Positions 1 through 8,988 of a DNA stretch of 64,000 nucleotides are shown here, one piece after another. The DNA lies in contig CATNEN010000001.1 in the NCBI GenBank assembly GCA_950097015.1, positions 19,220,001 through 19,284,000 on the forward strand, written 5' to 3'. This DNA comes from Macrostomum hystrix. Lineage: Eukaryota; Animalia; Platyhelminthes. A model generated the notes under the pieces. The model did no database searches, had not been told where the DNA came from, and saw nothing but the letters and a program-made list of their open reading frames with translations. Each line of letters starts with the position of its first letter. The stretch's first letter is position 1. The position numbers and the translations under genes are program-made.

Positions 1-695
1 CTCGAGCTCTCGTAGCGGCTGTAGCTCTCGTAGCGGCTGTAGCTCTCGTAGCGGCTGCAGTTCTCGTAGCGGCTGTAGCTCTCGTAGCGGCTGTAGCTCT
101 CGTAGCGGCTGTAGCTCTCGTAGCGGCTGTAGCTCTCGTAGCGGCTATAGGTTTCATGGTAGCTCGAGCTCTCGTAGCGGCTGTAGGTTTCGTAGCGGCT
201 CGAGCCCTCGTAGCGGCTGTAGCTCTCGATGCGGCTGTAGGTTTCGTAGCGGCTGTAGCTCTCGTAGCGGCTGTAGCTCTCGTAGCGGCTATAGGTTTCG
301 TAGCGGCTGTAGCTCTCGTAGCGGCTGTAGCTCTCGTAGCGGCTATAGGTTTCGTAGCGGCTGTAGCTCTCGTAGCGGCTGTAGCTCTCGTAGCGGCTAT
401 AGGTTTCGTAGTGGCTGTAGCTCTCGTAGCGGCTATAGGTTTCGTAGCGGCTGTAGCTCTCGTAGCGGCTGTAGCTCTCGTAGCGGCTATAGGTTTCGTA
501 GCGGCTGTAGCTCTCGTAGCGGCTGTAGGTTTCGTAGTGGCTCGAGCCCTCGTAGCGGCTGTAGCTCTCGAGGCGGCTATAGGTTTCGTAGCGGCTGTAG
601 CTCTCGTAGCGGCTGTAGCTCTCGTAGCGGCTGTAGCTCTCGAGGCGGCTATAGGTTTCGTAGCGGCTGTAGCTCTCGTAGCGGCTGCAGCTCCA
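1..695. repeat. 18-bp tandem repeat (gtagcggctgtagctctc and variants), coding on the minus strand
   Basis: About 38 units visible; variants are substitutions that preserve the frame. Confidence 0.95.
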
Positions 696-772
696 TCGAA
701 TGCTTCAGGTCTGGCTGACGAGACCAGTAGGCTGACGACAAGCAGTGAAAGAGTGGCTGTTAGGAGGGCCAT
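2..772 (-). CDS. Secreted Thr/Ala-rich repeat protein: signal peptide + (TAATRA/TAATKP/IAATRA)n; 3'-partial, runs off window start
   Basis: Minus-strand ATG at 772 with an in-frame TAG 9 nt upstream. Translation MALLTATLSLLVVSLLVSSARPEAFDGAAAATRATAATKPIAASRATAATRA...; no stop in 257 codons. Hydrophobic N-terminus ending in SSA fits a signal peptide. Absent from the ORF track, probably because it has no stop in the window. Confidence 0.75.
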   Translation of the reverse strand, partial: MALLTATLSLLVVSLLVSSARPEAFDGAAAATRATAATKPIAASRATAATRATAATRATAATKPIAASRATAATRARATTKPTAATRATAATKPIAATRATAATRATAATKPIAATRATATTKPIAATRATAATRATAATKPIAATRATAATRATAATKPIAATRATAATRATAATKPTAASRATAATRARAATKPTAATRARATMKPIAATRATAATRATAATRATAATRATAATRTAAATRATAATRATAATRAR

Positions 773-1177
773 GGAGGACTAGTCCAAGTTTGAGTATTCT
801 ATAGTTCCAAAGACTTTCAGAAATTTTCCGATCAGCTTTGGATTAGATCTTGCTCGAGCGTTTTTATTAAAGGCGGAAAATTAGAAAGTGAAAAATCTTC
901 ACGACTGGTTTCCACCAACATTAATCACAGAACAACTAACAGTCAGCAGAGGTCACAGGGCACCCCGTTACCATGCAGAAGGCGCGGTTGGACGTGCTCA
1001 CTGAGGCGAGGCCCACCGAGAATGAGAACGACATGAAACGGTTGGCAACCGGCCAGGCGACGAGGCGAAGCGAAGAACTGGGGAGGGTCTGGCGCAAGGC
1101 AACTTAATTAAACGCATCGAACCCAACTATCCCAGGTGGAAGGACAACTACTGCGAAGCACGCCATGCCCTGTGCCT

Positions 1178-2231
1178 CTATACAATTATGCAGCCGGAAA
1201 CTAAAATGGAGGCGGGACAATATAGATGGGAGAGCGGCGAGCGGCACTGAGCTCCGCCAGGATCATCTGCGACACCCAGGATGTGCTGACCTACGAAACG
1301 CCGAAGATAGTCCACGAGAATCTTGATGAGAACACCAAACTGAAGCTTCGCGGACTCTGCCCATTTGAATTTCTCTGAAATATACGGAACGACTTGAAAC
1401 ATTGACGTTTAAGTATATGTATTCAATTTTGTATTTTGCTCCTTTGGAAGCTGTTTCTAAAGCTGTAAATAACCGTTTGACAATAGAAATCACTTAGTGT
1501 ACAGTCTAGCGATGTACACACTGTACAGAGCATAGCGAAAGTTAAGTGAGCACGCCATGCACAACACATCTGATACTTAGGTCCCTGAGCTCGAATCCGC
1601 GGCGAGGCTGCATTCAATTGGGACGCAGGCGTGGAGAGAAGGCTTGGTGGCTTATCGTACAATTTGCAACGACCAGATGATGTACCATGCAATGAGGGAC
1701 AACCCCGAAGGTGCAGTGAGACAAGTGCACACAATGTCTGAGAATAAAACTTAGGGCTGTTAATTTTTCTAACGATAAAACAAAATATTTTCAAAATAAT
1801 TTGTCCTTACACCTCTTGTATTGGGTCACTTAGCAAATGTAACTCCCGACTGCAATGTTGCACCCAACCAAGCTGCAAGTTTCGTGTCCTGTTTTTTTTC
1901 ATTTTTTGTTAGAAAGAAAAATTATTAATATTTTAAATCGGAAAACAATATGGCGGAGTGGCCGAGCGGTTAACGCGTTTGCTTCTCGCACCAAGGTCCC
2001 AGAGCTCGATTTCGCGACGAGGCCACATTCATTTGGGGCGCAGCCGCGGAGAAAAGGCGAAAGTGTACACTGCCTGACAATGAGAAAGTCAGGGCAGATG
2101 TACACACCTGTGAGTAACACCAACCCGCTCAGCTGTCCGAGTTCGTCATCGCGAGCGGCACGCCAATACGACTGGGCTGGGCTGCACATCGAGCAGAGCA
2201 CCAGGGCGAGGACGAGAAGGCAGCGGAACAT
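1178..2231 (-). CDS. Small secreted prepro-peptide, paralog A; exons 2231-2108 and 1374-1178 (3' end uncertain)
   Basis: Signal peptide MFRCLLVLALVLCSMCSPAQS, then RAAR. Phase-1 donor CAG|GTGTGT at 2108/2107 matches phase-1 acceptor tatttcag| at 1375/1374, giving ...GLVLLTEKFKWAESAKLQFGVLIKILVDYLRRFVG... A further donor at 1290 is possible. Confidence 0.6.
1578..1645 (+). mobile_element. 5'-truncated tRNA-derived SINE-like repeat
   Basis: aggtccctgagctcgaatccgcggcgaggctgcattcaattgggacgcaggcgtggagagaaggc aligns with 1994-2059 and contains a B-box-like gctcgaatcc. Confidence 0.55.
1952..2060 (+). mobile_element. tRNA-derived SINE-like repeat head
   Basis: A-box-like TGGCCGAGCGG and degenerate B-box gctcgatttc. 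Homologous copies at 1578-1645 (+) and about 33610-33688 (-). Confidence 0.6.
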
Positions 2232-2969
2232 GGCGATTTCGAACGTCGCAGTGTTCGAGAGTTCTCATCGGGGTTCGTTATGTCCTTGCTGCCCCAGCTT
2301 GTCTCGCCTATAATGACTATTAGGACCGGAAGCTCTTAACTAGGAATTGACTCTCACAAGCAGATTTTTCAGATTTTATGATTAAACGCATTAAAATTTT
2401 TTGTGGTACGAATATTTCTTTCGCTGGCAAAACTAAGTGAAACCAGCTGCATAGATTGTTAATCTATGATCGTCTCAAATACCGGAAACTATTAGCAGCT
2501 GCTCTAGTTTGCGGATATTCGAAATAAAGCACAGACGATACGAGAGTGACGTGCGAATAATTTAATCTAATTTTCAGTTGGTTGGTAGCTTTAGGTATTA
2601 TGTGTATCATGTAACATTTCATGTTGTGATATTAAAAATCAAGATTGACTAGCAAAAGTTGTTTTTCCAATTTTTTTGTAAACAATTAGGATGCATACTG
2701 TAAGCGGCGGTCACTTTTCGACAATACTCCTAGTTGAACACTGGATCCTGTTCCCGCAAAGACGAGGCCAGCATGACCCATAAGCAAGACATTATCTATT
2801 TAAAAAAAGCTAAATGCGATGGTTACGAATCTCTATAAATTCAAAAGACCGCGATCCTGCGTTTCTCAAAACAGTATTAAATAAAATTTAATTAGCTGGG
2901 GGAATTACGATTGGACGGCGCGGCCTGCCGAGTCCACGGACAGAACAGCTGAACATGGCCTTTAGAAAA

Positions 2970-3878
2970 TTAGAGAGGGTAGAGAGAGAAGAGAGAGTAG
3001 AGATAGTAGAGAGAGTTGAGTAAGTAGAGAGAGAGTAGAGTGAGAAGAGTGAGTAGAGTGAGTAGAGAGAGTAGAGAGAGTAGAGTGAGTAGAGTGAGTA
3101 GAGAGAGTAGAGTGAGTAGAGTGAGTATAGAGAGTAGAGTGAGTACAGAGAGTAGAGTGAGCATAGAGAGAGTATAGTGAGTAGAGAGAGTATAGTGAGT
3201 AGAGAGAGTAGAGTGAGTACAGAGAGTAGAGTGAGCATAGAGAGAGTATAGTGAGCAGAGAGAGTAGAGTGAGTAGAGAGAGTAGAGTGAGTAGAGAGAG
3301 TAGAGTGAGTACAGAGAGTAGAGTGAGCATAGAGAGAGTAGAGTGAGTAGAGAGAGTAGAGTGAGTACAGAGAGTAGAGTGAGCATAGAGAGAGTATAGT
3401 GAGTAGAGAGAGTATAGTGAGTAGAGAGAGTAGAGTGAGTAGAGAGAGTAGAGTGAGTACAGAGAGTAGAGTGAGCATAGAGAGAGTATAGTGAGTAGAG
3501 AGAGTATAGTGAGTAGAGAGAGTATAGTGAGTAGAGAGAGTAGAGTGAGAAGAGTGAGTAGAGTGAGTAGAGAGAGTAGAGTGAGTAGAGTGAGTAGAGA
3601 GAGTAGAGTGAGTAGAGTGAGTAGAGTGAGCATAGAGAGAGTATAGTGAGTAGAGAGAGTAGAGTGAGTAGAGAGAGTAGAGTGAGTACAGAGAGTAGAG
3701 TGAGCATAGAGAGAGTATAGTGAGTAGAGAGAGTAGAGTGAGTAGAGAGAGTAGAGTGAGTAGAGAGAGTAGAGTGAGTAGAGAGAGTAGAGTGAGTAGA
3801 GAGTGTAGAGTGAGTACAGAGAGTAGAGTGAGCATAGAGAGAGTAGAGTGAGAATAGAGAGTAGGGTGAGTACAGAGA
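2970..3878. repeat. Purine-rich minisatellite built from 9-bp units (agagagagt/agagtgagt/atagtgagt)
   Basis: Directly visible; explains the low-complexity ORFs at 2888-3915. Confidence 0.95.
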
Positions 3879-4294
3879 AAACTCCAGAGTTTACTAATGA
3901 ACTTGATCTTTGCATCTTTTCAGTTTAAATATTGTTAAAATAACTAGAAAAATGAAACTGACCTCTGTGAAATGCAACTAAACATGATTTTACTTTGCAA
4001 CGATAAAATTAATGAGGCAAACGTCAAAAAAACAAAAATTAATTTATCGAATGCACCTTCAGAGGATCGAGTAGCGAAGCAGTAATTCCGAAGTTAATAA
4101 ATGGGTTAAAACTTAATAAAAAACGCATTAAATTTACAAAGAATGTGTGTAAATTCACGAATTGCTGCATGTCCGTTTATCAGAATACCGAGCAAGATCT
4201 GCCAAACAGCATCCGGTCTTTTAACTGGTGGCAGACGTTTAAGATGTCCTCGGATTTTTTGTTGAATAAATGTTTCAAGCAAAACAAAATCCCG

Positions 4295-4322
4295 GCTTCC
4301 GGTCACTCTTTTTCTATAAAAT
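4295..4322 (+). promoter_or_regulatory. Putative core promoter of paralog B: GCTTCCGGTC (ETS-like) + TATAAAA
   Basis: TATAAAA about 95 nt upstream of ATG 4412. GCTTCCGGTC is also present upstream of paralog A on the minus strand (about 2324-2333). Confidence 0.4.
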
Positions 4323-4411
4323 TGGGGCGACTGAGCGATTTTAACAACGACCAACGAAACTCAAACGAAATCCACGGAGAACTCTCGAGCACTGTAACGT
4401 TCGACATCGCC

Positions 4412-4660
4412 ATGCTCCGCTGCCTTCTCGTCCTCGGCCTGCTGCTCTGCTCACTGCTCAGCTCAGTTCAGTCTACTTCGCGCGGCGCTCGCAGCGTCAG
4501 CGAACTGACCGTACAGCTAAGCCAGGTGGTGAAGGCGGGCCTCAGCCTCCTGTGCGAGTCCAGCAGCCTGCTAGACCAGACAGACGATAGGTACCTCCGT
4601 CTCATGGCCATCTGCAAGACCCTGAGCCTCGAGGCGCAATCAGAACTGACAGTCCAGTAG
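4412..4660 (+). CDS. Small secreted prepro-peptide, paralog B (82 aa)
   Basis: gccATG start; MLRCLLVLGLLLCSLLSSVQSTSRGAR SVSELTVQLSQVV...; signal peptide and about 35 nt of 5' UTR are clearly homologous to the inverted copy starting at 2231. Confidence 0.65.
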   Translation: MLRCLLVLGLLLCSLLSSVQSTSRGARSVSELTVQLSQVVKAGLSLLCESSSLLDQTDDRYLRLMAICKTLSLEAQSELTVQ

Positions 4661-5704
4661 ATATCGGCTCAACGTGGTGAAGGCATTGTACACCCTCGGA
4701 CAGACTAAAAGGCTTGTCTAATGAATTGGAGTTCTCTTTTGCGAACAGGGTTTAAATAGGTCTGAAACTGATCATTATCCAAGTTGCATTACATCAAGGA
4801 GCATAATTAATGCTTAAAAAGCAATAAACGATTTTCGCCAAATTTTGCGTGACTAGAAAGTTGTTCTAGAATTAAATGCCGTAGTTTTTTTAATTTCCAC
4901 GTGGCATAAGAAACATGAAGAATTTAAATTAACACACAAAAACTATCGTTTATGTAATGTTAACACTTTTCGAACAAGTAATCATTCTATTTCAGTGAAA
5001 CACGCACAGAAAGTGAAATGAACTGTAAACTGAACAAATTTAAATAAAACATTCTACAATATAATAGCAACAAAAATTAGTAGAGGAGGACGTATGAGGA
5101 CCAAATAGCGACATAATACTAGCAGCAATAGAATAAAAACAGATGGATAAATTCATATAGATAGAAAATACGAAAAAAACGCTGGTCTGTACAATCGACT
5201 GCGCGTTGTAAAAAAACTGTATAGTATATATAGCCAGCAATAAGGGTTCAGCATACGCCAAGGCATTGTGAGAATGTACACGCTTCCTTAAAATGAGAAA
5301 GTCGAAAGGAATGGGCGGATTAGCCTTCGCGTCAATTAAAAATTAAAATAAGAAATAAAAAACTTCTTCGGATTTCGGATCCAAAGAAGTTCGGATTCGG
5401 GAAAATATCAACTGTGTTAGTTCCACAAATCTTATCTAAAACTGCTCATTAGTTTAAGAGCAGTTCTCAGCTGAGATTCGAGATTCAATTGTGATTCAAA
5501 ATGAATCGGAAAATACCAGCATATATTCTAAATCTAACGCATTCAAACAACGACAGCTGTATCAATAGGATGTTCTGATTCAAGTCTCTGAAAGACTTCT
5601 TCCAGAGTCTCAATGACACTCAGTCGCTGCAACTCGGGCTGCAAAGTCGGAATAATACGAGCTCGTACTATGTAAAGAAAAAACTTTTTATCCGACATTT
5701 TGGT

Positions 5705-8700
5705 TCAAGATAGAGCAGAATTGGTACTTACATCAGTTTTCATTAGGCTCTGCACCTTGTCCCTGGTGTCCTTCTGAGCACAGATAGCACGTCTATGCTT
5801 CCGAATTAGATCCAGAACCATCTTCCGATCTTTGCAGAACTCCAGCATCAACAGGATCTCTTGCAATTTAGCCTCATCCTGCTGCTGCGTCTCTCGGAAC
5901 CAGGTCATCTGGCGATCTTTATCAGCAACACCGAACTCAATGCAGAGGCCTTTGTATAACGCTTGAAAGTTCAGAAAGAAAACATTCACGTACAGAATGC
6001 AGATAGGGAAATGCGGTCTGACTGAGTTTGGAAGAAATGTCAGCTCTGGATGGCTGGCAAAGACAAAGCAGAACTTAATTGCCCAGTCGCAAGTTTCTAG
6101 CTTCTTCTTGACAAACATTTTCACATCATCCTGCATAGCGAGATCAGAAAACCGAATGAAGTCCTCACAAGACTTTGGCAAACTGGACAGTTCTGTCTTC
6201 GCCTCCTCGATTTTTGAATACTTCAGATTCGCCAGAACTCTTAAGCAACATCTCACGGTGGCTGCGCAGTCAGGGAGCCTTGACGCGTCTCGCATTAGCG
6301 ACTCGTAGTCCTCTGAAGAGTGGTCTGAGCTGGCCAGACGAGTCCAAATGTTAAACACTGCATTGTAGACGTCGACACTTGGAATCGTTCCGACCGAGCC
6401 CGAAAGGCCATCTGTTTGGGGGTTTGGATCTGGCAAGATCAGGAATGGGTCGAAGTGAAACACTTCATCGAAAGCTGGGATCTGACGAACTTTGAGCATG
6501 AAACGGCTTAAGAAATATGGCAAGTCCGCAATTAGGTGTCTCACTGCGGTCGCTATCTCTGCCTTAGTGTTGTGGTATCTTTTTAGGTAAATGATAGCGT
6601 CCTTCAAAAAGAAGTGCTTCATGCAGTAGTTAGATCCGGAATCAGACTCCAGATTTTCTTGGAGCAACTCCAGAGCCCGCTTCACGAGAATCGCCAAGTT
6701 TTCTGGCTGCCACTGCTCAACCGGCGTCTCTTCCAGAAGATAGAAAAATAGAGTCTTGGCATGATAAGTTTTCAGACCCTCAGCTGACATATCCCTGCAC
6801 AGAACTTGCTTCACAAGGTGCTTGATGATGATAAACGTCTGACCTTGCACTGTGCTCAGGCTTCTCATCAGGCGTCTCTCTAGGAAAGAAGTACTTAGTC
6901 TGAGTTGTTCGCCTTCCCGTCCCGGGATAGCGGCTGCTACGAGATGTGCCTTGCGCAGCTTGACTATGAGCTCCAGCTCTGCGATGACATCTGGGTGAAT
7001 CCGGGACTTGAGTTTGTCCGATAGGTGGATCTCGGGATAGCAGCAGCAGCGTAATCCCGGAATGCTGTCGATGGAGGGTCTGGCAACTGAACCGCCCCAG
7101 GACTGGGTGGGGTTTGATGCTGCAAAAAAAATCAGTACATAATTGTTATACATATTTAAAATCGTAATGATACATATTCGAGTACATGATTTAAAAACGT
7201 ATTTTTTTGCCAAGGAATAATGCTTTACTCACTCACCTACATCAGGACAAAAAATGTGCCCATTCTTATAGATGAAGTACTTCCTGGAGCCAGTTGTATC
7301 CGCGGGGCACTTGCAGAAACCTTCGATATGAAATACAAGTGGCGAAGAAAAATCTGCAACGTCAATGTCCGCATCAAGATCCGTGCGTCCGTTCGCGCAC
7401 CTCAGACTGTTGCCCCAACCATCCGAGTAGGAGCCGACAATGTGCATGGATTGATGCCAGCGGTGCTGCAAGATCTGCTCCAGTGTGTCTGCTAGTGTCA
7501 TCTGAACTTTTGCACCGTTTTCAGTGAAACCAGCCTCACTTAGGCGTTTGTGCAGTTTCGTGCTAAGCGTTTCTATGTCGACGTCTGTGGAACTGTTAAG
7601 CATGTCACGATCAGATTAAAAACATGACGAAAAAAGATTCAGTAATGAAATTAAAGAGCGCATTAAAACAAATTTAGAGGCGACTCACCTGCCTGACAGC
7701 GTGAAGCTTCTTCTAGCTTTGCAACTTCTCCACTCCGACTTTCGCAGCAACCTTTGCAGTTCCTGATCTAGTCTCGAGTGCTTTCCGGAATCTGAGAGCA
7801 GTTCTGTATTGTTAAGATTGTTTTGGGACGTACTATTGTTTCTACGTGAAGATGTGAAATGCTATAAATAATTTGTGCTTGTTTATTGCCTTGTGTACAC
7901 ATCGGCTCTGCCTTAATGCAATGGCTATTTGTAGAATGTTTCGGTAATGGAATTACCGAAATCATATGATATATTTAATGTCCTGCTGGGAGAATTTCAA
8001 TTCAGTTTAATCAAAAAACTGTACCGTATCTCAAGAATGTATTTATTCTATTCAATATCTTACCAAACAGAGCTTTGTTGTCTCCAGCCTGAGCGACATG
8101 ATTCAACAGTCTGAGAACAGCGGACGTGTGTCCGTATTGGCAGGCCAGTTTGTACGCTTGAGTCACGTCAACGGTCGTTGGAGCAGAAAACCGCTCTTCG
8201 AGGAACAAGTCAACAACCGCATCGCAGCCTCCGATGGCAGCATACTCCAAAGCCGACATTCCGTGCTTATCAACGGCCAGGGTATCGGCGCCAGACTCGA
8301 GCAGCAATTTGACAGCCGCCTTATTTCCGTAGCCGGCAGCGATATGCAATGGAGTCAGAAGCTTACCTTGCACATGCAGATCGATGTTGGCGCCTGACTC
8401 TATCAATGCTTTTAGAACTTCGGAGCGGCGAATCTGCGCGGCCGAGTGAACTGGACTATAGCCCTGACTGTCCGGCGCATGGACGCAAGCTCCCGCATTC
8501 AAAAGCAGATCAACGCAATCGACATGACCGTTCTCCACTGCAGCGTGTAGCGGAGTTCGGCCGCTCTTGTTGCTCAGGGCGGGATTGGCCTTGCGCTTCA
8601 GTAAGTATCGTAGCGTACCTATCTGACCGTGCCACGCTGCATTGAATAGCGAAGTGTTGCCCAGGTGGTCCTGGAGATTGATGTCTGCACCGAAGGGTAC

Positions 8701-8988
8701 GCTCAGCAGCATCTTAACAACTCCTAACTGGCCTCGCCTGGCCGCGAAATGCAGCGCTGTTCGGCCAAGTTCGTCCTGCATGTTGACGTCGAATTTATTA
8801 CCTGGTTGAAGCCAAGCTCTGCATGCTTCGCGATCTCCATCGGCTGCCGCTTGTTGAAACAGTCTTTCTTTTGCCGTTAGTTTAATTGTGATTTTCCTGT
8901 TTTCCCATATTCTCGAAATAGTTGATAAAAGAGTTGCGATAAGTCTCAATAGCTTCATTTTTAGGGTTATTTCGTAACAGCACGGCAT
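5705..8988 (-). CDS. Ankyrin-repeat + Mab-21/cGAS-like nucleotidyltransferase (cGLR-like), 936 aa; exons 8988-8064, 7803-7689, 7592-7237, 7119-5705
   Basis: About 8 ANK repeats (GRTALHFAARRGQLGVVKMLL, GRTPLHAAVENGHVDCVDLLL etc.). NTase motifs VGSYSDG...DADIDV and SIDSIPGL. Mab-21 C-lobe motifs LKTYHAKTLFFYLLE..P.EQW and MKHFFL. All three introns are GT-AG with matching phases (1,2,1); total 2811 nt = 937 codons. Alternative start ATG at 8958. Confidence 0.88.

Noticed and set aside
156-782. Plus-strand 208-aa Val/Ala ORF
   Set aside because: Antisense shadow of the 18-bp repeat; it starts within the repeat, whereas the minus-strand frame has a proper ATG and signal peptide.
1952-2030. Functional tRNA gene
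   Set aside because: Degenerate B-box, no clean cloverleaf, and similarity to other copies extends beyond the tRNA-like part; better explained as a SINE.
2888-3915. Long LSLLT/SLY ORFs
   Set aside because: Open in all three minus frames because of the 9-bp repeat; no coding signal.
7120-7213. N-terminus of the 502-aa track ORF (MAKKYVFK...)
   Set aside because: AT-rich intron sequence ending in a polypyrimidine tract and CAG at 7120; starts at a non-ATG codon.
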